From: Promethearchaeia archaeon
Lineage (GTDB): Archaea; Asgardarchaeota; Lokiarchaeia; Sigyniarchaeales; SOKP01
Assembly: GCA_046497275.1 (NCBI GenBank)
Contig: JAWOFX010000007.1
Span: 1-32,000 of the forward strand
DNA length: 32,000 nucleotides
Direction of reading: 5' to 3'
The notes below the pieces were generated by a model. That model was not told the origin of the DNA and searched no databases. It saw nothing but the letters and a program-made list of their open reading frames with translations. The position numbers and the translations under genes are program-made. Of the stretch, positions 18,759 through 27,036 are shown one piece after another (the first letter of the stretch is position 1; each line of letters starts with the position of its first letter).

Positions 18759-19562
18759 TTAGAGTGAATTTTCACTTGATTTTTCTGTTTTATTGTTCTT
18801 TAGTAGAGTTCGAACTAGACCATACATGATATAAGCAAATATTATGCCTACACATCCGAAAAATATTATACTTGAAACAATTCCTACCATCTGTGTTGGA
18901 TTTAGGATCCCTATTATTCCAAATACAGGACAGAGAGGAGCAAATATTAAAAATAAGATATAAACACTTTTTCCTTTTTTCTCAAATTTGATGTGTGTAG
19001 TTATATTAGTCCATCCAAGAAAAATCATTAGAAACGGAATCAAAAAGTAAGATATAATTGGAAAAGGGTGAGTTAATGCCGAACTCCCTCCACCTGATTC
19101 AAAAACAGCATAAAAATAATTAGCATAAAAGAAAATCAATAGGAATAGCCCACTCATTGGGGTTGGAACCCCTGTATATCCGGGTGTTTTTGAAATATTA
19201 AATCTAGCTAACCTTAAAATACCTCCGAGGGCAAAAAGAATGCTTCCAATGATTATGAAAATGTCATAAATATTTCCAGTCCTGAAAGCTAAATAAGTTA
19301 AAAATGCTGGAGCAATCCCAAACGTTAAAGAATCATTTAAAGAATCTAATTGCTTTCCAATTTCATTTACTGTTTTTGTTTTTCGTGCAATATACCCATC
19401 AAGTAAATCTGTACCTATTGTGAAAGCCAAAAAGAAAAAAGCCCAAGAGATATAAGCTCTACCTCCTAATGTCGATATCACTAGAGCAAGTAAGCCTAGG
19501 GTAGTACCCGTGATTGTAATATAGTCCTTTAATTTAAGAAGATCTAGAACTCGATTAGACAT
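18759..19562 (-). CDS. pssA: CDP-alcohol phosphatidyltransferase (archaetidylserine/phosphatidylserine synthase-like)
   Basis: DLLDGYIARK...GKQLDSLND signature, FGIAPA, ILRLARFN, YTGVPTP. Confidence 0.8.
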   Translation of the reverse strand: MSNRVLDLLKLKDYITITGTTLGLLALVISTLGGRAYISWAFFFLAFTIGTDLLDGYIARKTKTVNEIGKQLDSLNDSLTFGIAPAFLTYLAFRTGNIYDIFIIIGSILFALGGILRLARFNISKTPGYTGVPTPMSGLFLLIFFYANYFYAVFESGGGSSALTHPFPIISYFLIPFLMIFLGWTNITTHIKFEKKGKSVYILFLIFAPLCPVFGIIGILNPTQMVGIVSSIIFFGCVGIIFAYIMYGLVRTLLKNNKTEKSSENSL

Positions 19563-19782
19563 ATATTATAGATTAAACATACTATAATTAAAATATTTCC
19601 TAATTTAATTTTAAGACTGCACGTCTTTAATCTGTATGTGTTCAGAGTGCTTAGAAAAGGAAATTTTCCTTGCCGACTAGATATAAATTTCCTAATGTTA
19701 GGTAATTCCAACTCCCTTTTTTCTAAAAATAAATAAATAAATAGTAGTTTTTTTATAACAATAATAACTCAAAAAATATTTT

Positions 19783-21111
19783 TTGATAAAAACCATTCTT
19801 AGCTACGTCCTAAAAATGTCTGATGCAGAATATCAAAATTTCATGGTCTTTGAACTATTAGACAACGGGGAGAGACAAAAAATTGAAGTAGATGAAGAAG
19901 ATTTACAATCCATCCTCGCTCCAGAACAGGTTTTCGTTATTTTAAATGAAGAAATAAGAAGAATTTATATCTGGAAAGGAGCAAAATCGCCTGTCCGGAA
20001 AAGATTCATAAGTTCACGTGTTGCAAGTGGTCTGCAAGAGGAATTAGTAAAAGTAGCTGCTTATCACCGATGTAAGATCGTAAGTGTTGACCAAGGCGAT
20101 GAACCTATTGAATTTTTGCAAACCTTCAATTTAGAATCAATGGAAGTCAAAGAAAGAGCAAAAGATATGAGATATATTCGAAATATTGATAAAGATCCTA
20201 CTATAGCTAAGGGAAGAGTAATTGAAAATGGAAAAATTCAAGTAGAGGAGGAGGAAGAGTATTATTCCCCAGCTTTGGAAGAATTGAAAAAAAAAGGGGT
20301 AGATATCTCCGTAGAGATGTCCAAAACAAGCTTAGATCCCTCCTCCGCGATATCATCTCCTAGAACAGCTAAAAAGCCTTATAGTCCACCAGGGAGCACC
20401 CCTCATAAACAATTCTCAGAGAGAAAATTAAACAAAAAAAAAATTATTGAGAAAATATTACAGCAAGAATTACTTGAAGACCATGAAAGGCAGAATCTAG
20501 TAATTGGAACCGAACTTTACGGATCAACTTCCAAAACAACAAATGTGTTTGGTGATGATATAGAAGAGATAGAATGGGAAAGAATAAAAAAAGTACCTGA
20601 GGGCATATATTTATTAGAGAATTATATTTTTCGAATCTATTTCGATAAAGATGCTGGGATAATAGAGGGTATTGAAATTTTAAAAAGAAAAACCAATGGA
20701 ACTGCTTCTTCGATGAATAAAACCTCTATTATAATGCCAAAAAATGGAGATACTCTTTCTGAAAAAATTTTAGGGATTGAATTGCCAAAAAATTATAATA
20801 GAGAAAATTTAATCATTGGACATCAATTATATGGTGCGATATCAAAAAAGGTGGAAGTTTTTGGAGAGAAGCAAACGGAAACAGATTGGGCCTTGGTAAA
20901 AAAAATTCCAAAAAATATAATTATTTTAGATTCTCATTTGTTTCGAATATATTTTAACCATGAAAATGAGACGGTAGATGCGATAGAGATACTTAAAAAA
21001 GAATCAAATAAAAAAAACAAGAATTATACTAAAAAACCATTACAAAACAAAGAAGAAAAGCCAAGATCGAATACTAAACGAAATCTACCTAAGATACCTA
21101 GCGCAGACTAA
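19783..21111 (+). CDS. Single gelsolin-domain protein with two tandem copies of an unrecognised 80-aa domain (likely start ATG 19816)
   Basis: VFVILNEEIRRIYIWKGAKS...IVSVDQGDEPIEFLQTF matches the gelsolin-repeat consensus. Internal repeats at aa 223-302 and 327-406. Confidence 0.75.
   Translation: MIKTILSYVLKMSDAEYQNFMVFELLDNGERQKIEVDEEDLQSILAPEQVFVILNEEIRRIYIWKGAKSPVRKRFISSRVASGLQEELVKVAAYHRCKIVSVDQGDEPIEFLQTFNLESMEVKERAKDMRYIRNIDKDPTIAKGRVIENGKIQVEEEEEYYSPALEELKKKGVDISVEMSKTSLDPSSAISSPRTAKKPYSPPGSTPHKQFSERKLNKKKIIEKILQQELLEDHERQNLVIGTELYGSTSKTTNVFGDDIEEIEWERIKKVPEGIYLLENYIFRIYFDKDAGIIEGIEILKRKTNGTASSMNKTSIIMPKNGDTLSEKILGIELPKNYNRENLIIGHQLYGAISKKVEVFGEKQTETDWALVKKIPKNIIILDSHLFRIYFNHENETVDAIEILKKESNKKNKNYTKKPLQNKEEKPRSNTKRNLPKIPSAD
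20449..21000 (+). repeat. Intragenic domain duplication (20449-20688 and 20761-21000)
   Basis: Ungapped hand alignment gives 36/80 identical residues. Confidence 0.9.
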
Positions 21112-21181
21112 TTATAAATTATTTTATTTTATTAAACCAACATTCCCAACTTCTTTTGATGATTATTTTGTTTGATTAATT

Positions 21182-21192
21182 AAAAAAAAAAA
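21182..21192 (-). terminator. T11 tract on the minus strand, probable terminator of the MFS gene
   Basis: A11 on the + strand, about 10 bp past the stop codon at 21202. Confidence 0.4.
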
Positions 21193-21201
21193 TTTATTTG
21201 A

Positions 21202-22491
21202 TTATCTTTCTATTTTAATTTCCTTGGCGAAAATAAGAGGAATCAGTGTAATTAAAGTAACAAATGCTGCTACATAAAATAATAGATCTGGAGGGACTAA
21301 GACGGGTGTCCCATCAAAAATTGCTTCTATACCGTATAGTGTATAAACCGTTCCGCCTATTATTGGCCCGATTATCATTGGGATTGTCCCCGAAAACAAG
21401 TTCCAATAACCGCTAAATTGCCCTCGTCCTTCTGGAGGGTATAAATCTTTTACCCAGGTGAAAGTACTAATTGATAGACCTGTATAAAATACAAAAGTTA
21501 TGATCCCAGCTATAATTAGAGTAATTAATTCTGCTGAAAGTCCCAATAAAAAGGTTCCTATACTAAGGAAAAGAGTTGAAAGTATAGTCATTTTTTTACG
21601 TCCAAGTTTATTAGTTAATTTTCCCAATGGAATAGAAAGTATAATTGATATCACTATTGCTACAGCCATAATTATTAATCCAAAAAGCAAATCTCCTCCT
21701 CCTATGGTGTATCTCAAGTAAATTAATAGATAAGGAAAAAATACCATTAATCCTATTTGCCAAGCAGCAATTATCAGAAGCACTATTATAAAATTTTTAT
21801 AATCAACAGAAGATTGCTTTTTAAAAGTATTTCTAATATGTTGATATGTAGAAATGGTCATAGGTTCAAGATATTGAGAATCTTCGGTCCATCTAACCCC
21901 CAATAATCCAATGACTGCTACAAGTATTCCTATTATTATAAAAAAAATATAATATCCTATGAAATCAATTAATAACCCCAAAGCTCCATAAACTATTAAA
22001 AATGAAATTAGCACGGTTATTTGTACAATTCCCATGGCTTTACTTCTTGTTTTTAGAGTAGTTATGTCAGTTACATATGCATTAAGTCCAGCATTCTTTA
22101 CTGTGGCTCCAAACACCGTCATTATTGAGTCAAAAAGGATTGCCGTAAATATTACAATTCCAAAACCAAGAAACGAAAACAATGCGCTAACAGGAAATAA
22201 AGCAGTTGTGACAGCCCAGAAAATAGTTCCATATAACAATAATGGTTTTCTCTTTCCTATGATATCGCTATAGGAACCAATTATTATTGTGGTTACTGTT
22301 CCAACAATAGTTGTTATATTTACGAGAAGTGCAACAGCAAAAGGCACTAAATCTTTTTGTCCTAACCCAATTAAAGTCTCACTAAGGAAATCATTATAAA
22401 ACTGATTCTCTACCGCCCAAGCAATTTCACCTGCTAAAGAAATTAAAAAAACACTAATTGATATATTTCGAGTTAATTTATCTTCACTCAT
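21202..22491 (-). CDS. MFS transporter
   Basis: GSYSDIIGKRKP and GKLTNKLGRKK motif-A copies; about 12 hydrophobic segments. Confidence 0.9.
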   Translation of the reverse strand: MSEDKLTRNISISVFLISLAGEIAWAVENQFYNDFLSETLIGLGQKDLVPFAVALLVNITTIVGTVTTIIIGSYSDIIGKRKPLLLYGTIFWAVTTALFPVSALFSFLGFGIVIFTAILFDSIMTVFGATVKNAGLNAYVTDITTLKTRSKAMGIVQITVLISFLIVYGALGLLIDFIGYYIFFIIIGILVAVIGLLGVRWTEDSQYLEPMTISTYQHIRNTFKKQSSVDYKNFIIVLLIIAAWQIGLMVFFPYLLIYLRYTIGGGDLLFGLIIMAVAIVISIILSIPLGKLTNKLGRKKMTILSTLFLSIGTFLLGLSAELITLIIAGIITFVFYTGLSISTFTWVKDLYPPEGRGQFSGYWNLFSGTIPMIIGPIIGGTVYTLYGIEAIFDGTPVLVPPDLLFYVAAFVTLITLIPLIFAKEIKIER

Positions 22492-22629
22492 GATAATTCA
22501 TATTGTTTAAAAGATCTAATAATAATTTTTCATTAATGTTAATTAATGTTTATATCTATAAATTGAATTTATAGAAATCAAAAAAAATATTAAATAATAA
22601 ATTAAGGAAGTAATATTTGAAATGAAATT

Positions 22630-22764
22630 TTAGGTATTTTTTCCTGACTGAGAGATAATAGTATGCATTTTTTCAACATTATCTTCTGAGATATCAGAAT
22701 CTTTACTATATTCTTTGAATTCTATATTCTCAATTCTCCAATATACTCCACCAAATTGACACAT
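22630..22764 (-). CDS. Possible 44-aa small protein or gene remnant (MCQFGGVYWRIENIEFKEY...GKNT)
   Basis: ATG to TAA frame translated by hand, with GAGGG about 11 nt upstream. Not in the ORF track because it is too short. Confidence 0.25.
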   Translation of the reverse strand: MCQFGGVYWRIENIEFKEYSKDSDISEDNVEKMHTIISQSGKNT

Positions 22765-23057
22765 ATTTATTTTAACCCTCTAAAATTTGAATTTAATTTT
22801 AATTTATAAAAGATGTCTCTAAATCCTCAATAATATATTCATTATCTTCACTAGAAGAATTATAGAAGAGATATTTAAATCTACATATTTTCTCATGATT
22901 AAAATGAAGGTAATAATCAAATCAATGGAAAATCGACAAAAATCTTGCATTTCTATGTAGAAGTGAAACAATATTAATTTTTTAAAATAAGAGTGTTAAT
23001 TTAATAAAAAAAAATATAATTATATATCTGAAAATATAAAGTTTCAATAGAGTAATA

Positions 23058-24704
23058 ATGAAACGCTTTGATTTTGATGTAAAAACACAAGATATTTTTA
23101 ATAGGTATTTCTCTTTTAATTTCGGAGGAACTTGGAAAAATTGGTTAGAGATCTCAACTAAAGATGAATTTATTGACTTATGTTTAAATAATTCTGGTTT
23201 AATAGAAATCGATCAAATTTTAGAAAAAATAATCAGTACTAAAACTGGATCAAGAGAATTTGCATTAAATTTAAAAGAGTTTCTGGGAGAATATGATTTT
23301 AAAAAACCACCAGTATTATGTCATACATCGGGAACAACAAACAATAATCCATCCGCTCTCAAATGGTTTCATATGTCTGAAGAGATAATAAAAAAGTTAT
23401 GGGTTCCGGGAATGCAAGCCATTTTTGAATCAAGTGGTTTAAGTTTTAAATCTTCAGCAATTATTTTTGTTCCTTCGAGAATGAATTTTGATGGAATAAA
23501 ATATTATGAAGATAATAAGTATATCTCATTATATTCCTCTGAATTTTCTCAGAGATTAGTATTATCTCAAATAAAGCCGAAATCATATTTATTATATCCA
23601 TATAAGGATGTTTTTAATCTTGAAGTGTTATCCTATATTTTTATGTTGGATGATATATCTGTAATTTCAGCTCCAGCAGCGACAATACTGAAATGGGCAG
23701 ATATTGAGCGATTAAAATCTGGTATTAAGAATTATATCGCTAAAACTAAAAAAGAGAAGAAAATCAATCTCGAGAATTTAGATATTATGCAAATGATTGA
23801 AAAAGAAGGTCTTGACATTGGAGTGAGAAAGATCCAAGAGCAGTTATCAAAAACAATTTCTGATGCTGTTTTAATCTTCAGCATAAGTTCTCTTAATGAG
23901 GAAAAGTGGGATCTAATAAGGAACTTTATGAAATGGAATCGCGGAGGAGAACGATTTACTAATTTATATGTTGCTTCTGAAATTGGTCCATTTGCTTCAA
24001 GTCTTCCTTTTCGTGAGTTTAAGACTTCCAGGGAAAATAAAATGTATGTATTCCCATTAACTCTGCCAGCCCTTGAATATAGAGGATCTATAAAATTAAT
24101 CACTGAAACTGAAGCAAATAAAGGACGTTTATTAGTGTCAAGAATGCATAACTCTCAACCATTAATTAATATTGATACTGATGATGTTATTACGGTCTTG
24201 GGGCAAAATTCTCTGCCAGTAATTGGCGGAGATATTTTACGAGGAGAGTTTAAATTAAAATATCAAATTAAAATTAATAATAAAATAAATAAACCAGCCA
24301 ATCCAGTAATTAGCGCTGGAAATTTTATGATATTTGATGAATTTGAGGTTAAAGATTCACAATCTCTTTTTAATTGTATTAATAGACAACTGCAGTTAAA
24401 AAATGATTCTCTCTTATTAATTAAATCGCAGAAAAACAATTCAAAATGGAGTTTAATTATACCAACTAATAAAGAAACTTCAGTTTTTGAACGGGACGTT
24501 AATAAAGTAATTTTTAATTGTCCAAATGAAAATAAATTTAAGAACGCGATTAGACATCATATTATCGATGTCAAAGATTTCAATGAAAAGTTGATAGATT
24601 TTTTTGAACCAAAAGAGAACGTATTACAAAAGGTACGTCAAGGAATTTATCCAAAAGGAATTCTGAAAAGATGGCCTTTGTATGTGGTAAGATCTGAAAA
24701 ATGA
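23058..24704 (+). CDS. ANL-superfamily adenylate-forming enzyme, GH3/LuxE/PaaK-like
   Basis: CHTSGTT P-loop-like motif, NLYVASEIG, INIDTDDVI (position of the Y.TGD motif). Confidence 0.6.
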   Translation: MKRFDFDVKTQDIFNRYFSFNFGGTWKNWLEISTKDEFIDLCLNNSGLIEIDQILEKIISTKTGSREFALNLKEFLGEYDFKKPPVLCHTSGTTNNNPSALKWFHMSEEIIKKLWVPGMQAIFESSGLSFKSSAIIFVPSRMNFDGIKYYEDNKYISLYSSEFSQRLVLSQIKPKSYLLYPYKDVFNLEVLSYIFMLDDISVISAPAATILKWADIERLKSGIKNYIAKTKKEKKINLENLDIMQMIEKEGLDIGVRKIQEQLSKTISDAVLIFSISSLNEEKWDLIRNFMKWNRGGERFTNLYVASEIGPFASSLPFREFKTSRENKMYVFPLTLPALEYRGSIKLITETEANKGRLLVSRMHNSQPLINIDTDDVITVLGQNSLPVIGGDILRGEFKLKYQIKINNKINKPANPVISAGNFMIFDEFEVKDSQSLFNCINRQLQLKNDSLLLIKSQKNNSKWSLIIPTNKETSVFERDVNKVIFNCPNENKFKNAIRHHIIDVKDFNEKLIDFFEPKENVLQKVRQGIYPKGILKRWPLYVVRSEK

Positions 24705-24757
24705 AACCATTTTTAATAAATAATTTTTTTACATTATTCGAATTTCATTAACTTAAT

Positions 24758-25090
24758 ATGCCCGATGAATTTGATTTTAAAAATTATGAGAATTTTGATG
24801 AATTTGCAGAATCCATCGAGGGATCCCGGTATATCCATGATGTTTATCTGAAAGCTGTTAATCATCCTGTCCGTAGGGAAATCTTGAAAATATTGAGCAT
24901 ATATGGGCAAGCATCGGAAGATAATCTCCACCAGAAACTAAAAGATAAAAACTTAATCAAAGATAAGACCAATTTGATATATAATCTTGATTATTTAAAA
25001 AAAGCTTTTTGTATTGAAAAGATTGAAAGGGAAGGGAAAGTTTTTTATAAAATTACAAAAAACGGTAAAATTATTGAGTACCTAAAATGA
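24758..25090 (+). CDS. ArsR-like winged-helix regulator
   Basis: LKAVNHPVRREILKIL ... LIYNLDYL ... YKITKNGK pattern. Confidence 0.75.
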   Translation: MPDEFDFKNYENFDEFAESIEGSRYIHDVYLKAVNHPVRREILKILSIYGQASEDNLHQKLKDKNLIKDKTNLIYNLDYLKKAFCIEKIEREGKVFYKITKNGKIIEYLK

Positions 25091-25091
25091 G

Positions 25092-25511
25092 TTATGTTTC
25101 ATATAATTTTTTATAACAACTACAACATAGTACTCCAATATTTATATTATATTTTTTTAATTTCTTGTTATTTATATTTCTTCTCATGTGTTCGACGAGA
25201 AATTCCTTATAATCTTTTAAATCTTCATCAAAATAAAGACTTTTTAAATTATAATAATGATTATAATTACCACAAACAGGACAACACGCGTACTTTTTTA
25301 TAAATTTGTTAAAGATTTTTCTCTCTCTTTCATTTAAGTTATTTAATTTTTTATCTGGATTCTTTAGAATCAACTCTTTTAACCTATTAAGTTCTTCTAA
25401 CATTTCATTTCTTAAACAGTTTTCATTAGATAATTCTGAGTTATTATAAGGTTCGGATGTTTGTTGTTCTTGATTTTTTCTGTTTTCATCAATATATTCA
25501 TATTTCTTCAT
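25092..25511 (-). CDS. Hypothetical protein with putative zinc-binding CCPVC...CCSC
   Basis: Two Cys clusters; otherwise unrecognised. Confidence 0.55.
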   Translation of the reverse strand: MKKYEYIDENRKNQEQQTSEPYNNSELSNENCLRNEMLEELNRLKELILKNPDKKLNNLNERERKIFNKFIKKYACCPVCGNYNHYYNLKSLYFDEDLKDYKEFLVEHMRRNINNKKLKKYNINIGVLCCSCYKKLYET

Positions 25512-25651
25512 GTATTCAACTGCTTCGTTGAAGAATCTAAGTTTTCCTCCTTGAGATTCTTGAGATAGTTCACTTTTCGTAATAGGTCACCTTGAGTTTC
25601 CTTAAATAAATAATAGTTATTTGATATTTTATTTTTTATCCTATTTAGAGT

Positions 25652-26938
25652 TTAAAACTTTATGAAAATATCTTTCTTATTATAAAAATCATTTTTATAA
25701 TCTTCAGTCAATCGCTTGTAATCAATGACTTTGGTGGGTGAAAAATATTCAAAATCGAATTGAACTTCATCTCCCGCCTCCTTTCCGGGAATAGGCATCA
25801 ATCTTGCCGTTAATGGTTTATTAAACTTAAGAGAAATAGTGCATATGTCTAGCAAAATATAAAATAATTCTCTTTCTGTTATAGAGCCAGGTAAGGGAAT
25901 ACAATCTAATCCAGTACCACATAAACAAGAATAAAGTAAAAGTGTATCTAAATTAAATTTTCCCTCTGATAAACGTTTTGAAATGGTGTAATCTTCAAAA
26001 ACAGGTTGCATAAATCCTGAGAACCCGATAGTCTTTTTTAAATCCTGTGGTATACTATTTTTAATTAATGCTACAGCGAAAGATGATCCATGAGAACCGA
26101 AATATTCGAAGCCTAATTTTTCTATTGCTGTTCCTATACTTTTATTTAGCTCTGGAAAAGGAGCAGGTGATAAATCTATTCCCTTAAAACGTATATCATG
26201 TCGAGTAGCTAGTTTTTCTGAGATCTTAAACAGAGAATTATGTATTTCTTTATATTTTTTCTCTAACTTTTCTTTAAATTCAGATATATTCTTAATCTCC
26301 TCAGTTATCTTGATAACCTCATCTGCCATTTCTAATGCTAAGCCAAATCCAGGTTTATCGGAGCTATGATAGGATGCTGGAAAAAAGGGAACATTTGATT
26401 CAGGTATCACATTTGAACTTACGCAAAAATTAAGATTTTTAAATGGATCTGAAGATAAATTTTTTATAATTTTAGCACTTGATTTGAGAGCAGATATATT
26501 TATTCCATTATTATTTGAAGCAACATTGATAGAAGAAAATAAATAATCAAATTTTTTCAAATATTCTGGAATCTCATTAAGTAGTAATTTCTCAAACACA
26601 CCAAAATTTTCAAGTTTATCTGCGAGCATAGAGCAACATGAAAAATAATCAATATTATATTGCTTAAATAAGTCTCTAATAATTTCAAACTGAATTCTTA
26701 ATCTTTGTAAAGTTTCTTTCAAATTCTCTTTATAAAAGGTTTGATCTGCATAAGAAAATAAAGGTTGCGAACAGATTCTTCTGCTTTGAACGTCTGAATC
26801 TATATTTTTAAATTCTTCAGTAAGATCTTCATTCAATCTTCGAAATTTAATAAGTTTTTCTTCTAAAGCATCTCTTAAATCTTCATCTTCCATAAGGAAG
26901 GGGATATTAGCACCAATAGTTATTGCTCTGATTTTCAT
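25652..26938 (-). CDS. DUF711 (UPF0210, PFL-like fold) protein
   Basis: KIRAITIG, NFCVSSN...PFFPASY, GIDLSPAP, GFSGFMQPVFED, CGTGLDCIPLPG, PLTARLMP motifs. Confidence 0.85.
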   Translation of the reverse strand: MKIRAITIGANIPFLMEDEDLRDALEEKLIKFRRLNEDLTEEFKNIDSDVQSRRICSQPLFSYADQTFYKENLKETLQRLRIQFEIIRDLFKQYNIDYFSCCSMLADKLENFGVFEKLLLNEIPEYLKKFDYLFSSINVASNNNGINISALKSSAKIIKNLSSDPFKNLNFCVSSNVIPESNVPFFPASYHSSDKPGFGLALEMADEVIKITEEIKNISEFKEKLEKKYKEIHNSLFKISEKLATRHDIRFKGIDLSPAPFPELNKSIGTAIEKLGFEYFGSHGSSFAVALIKNSIPQDLKKTIGFSGFMQPVFEDYTISKRLSEGKFNLDTLLLYSCLCGTGLDCIPLPGSITERELFYILLDICTISLKFNKPLTARLMPIPGKEAGDEVQFDFEYFSPTKVIDYKRLTEDYKNDFYNKKDIFIKF

Positions 26939-27036
26939 TAGAAATTTCTTTTTTTATTGAAAATTATCTTAAATAATAAATAAGTTAGGACTATTAAATA
27001 AGATTAGCGGAAAAAAAGTGTGAAAGTGTATTAAAT

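Noticed and set aside
16644-22998. Shared 11-mer TAAGAGTGTTA upstream of two + strand genes (16644, 22988)
   Set aside because: Many 11-mer matches are expected by chance, and the distances to the start codons differ.
25508-25573. 21-aa GTG uORF overlapping the next start by ATGA (possible frameshifted N-terminus)
   Set aside because: Too short to support, with no slippery site or homology visible.
26939-27036. SECIS element downstream of hdrA-mvhD
   Set aside because: The gene has no in-frame TGA, and the 3' region is AT-rich with no AUGA/GA kink-turn stem.
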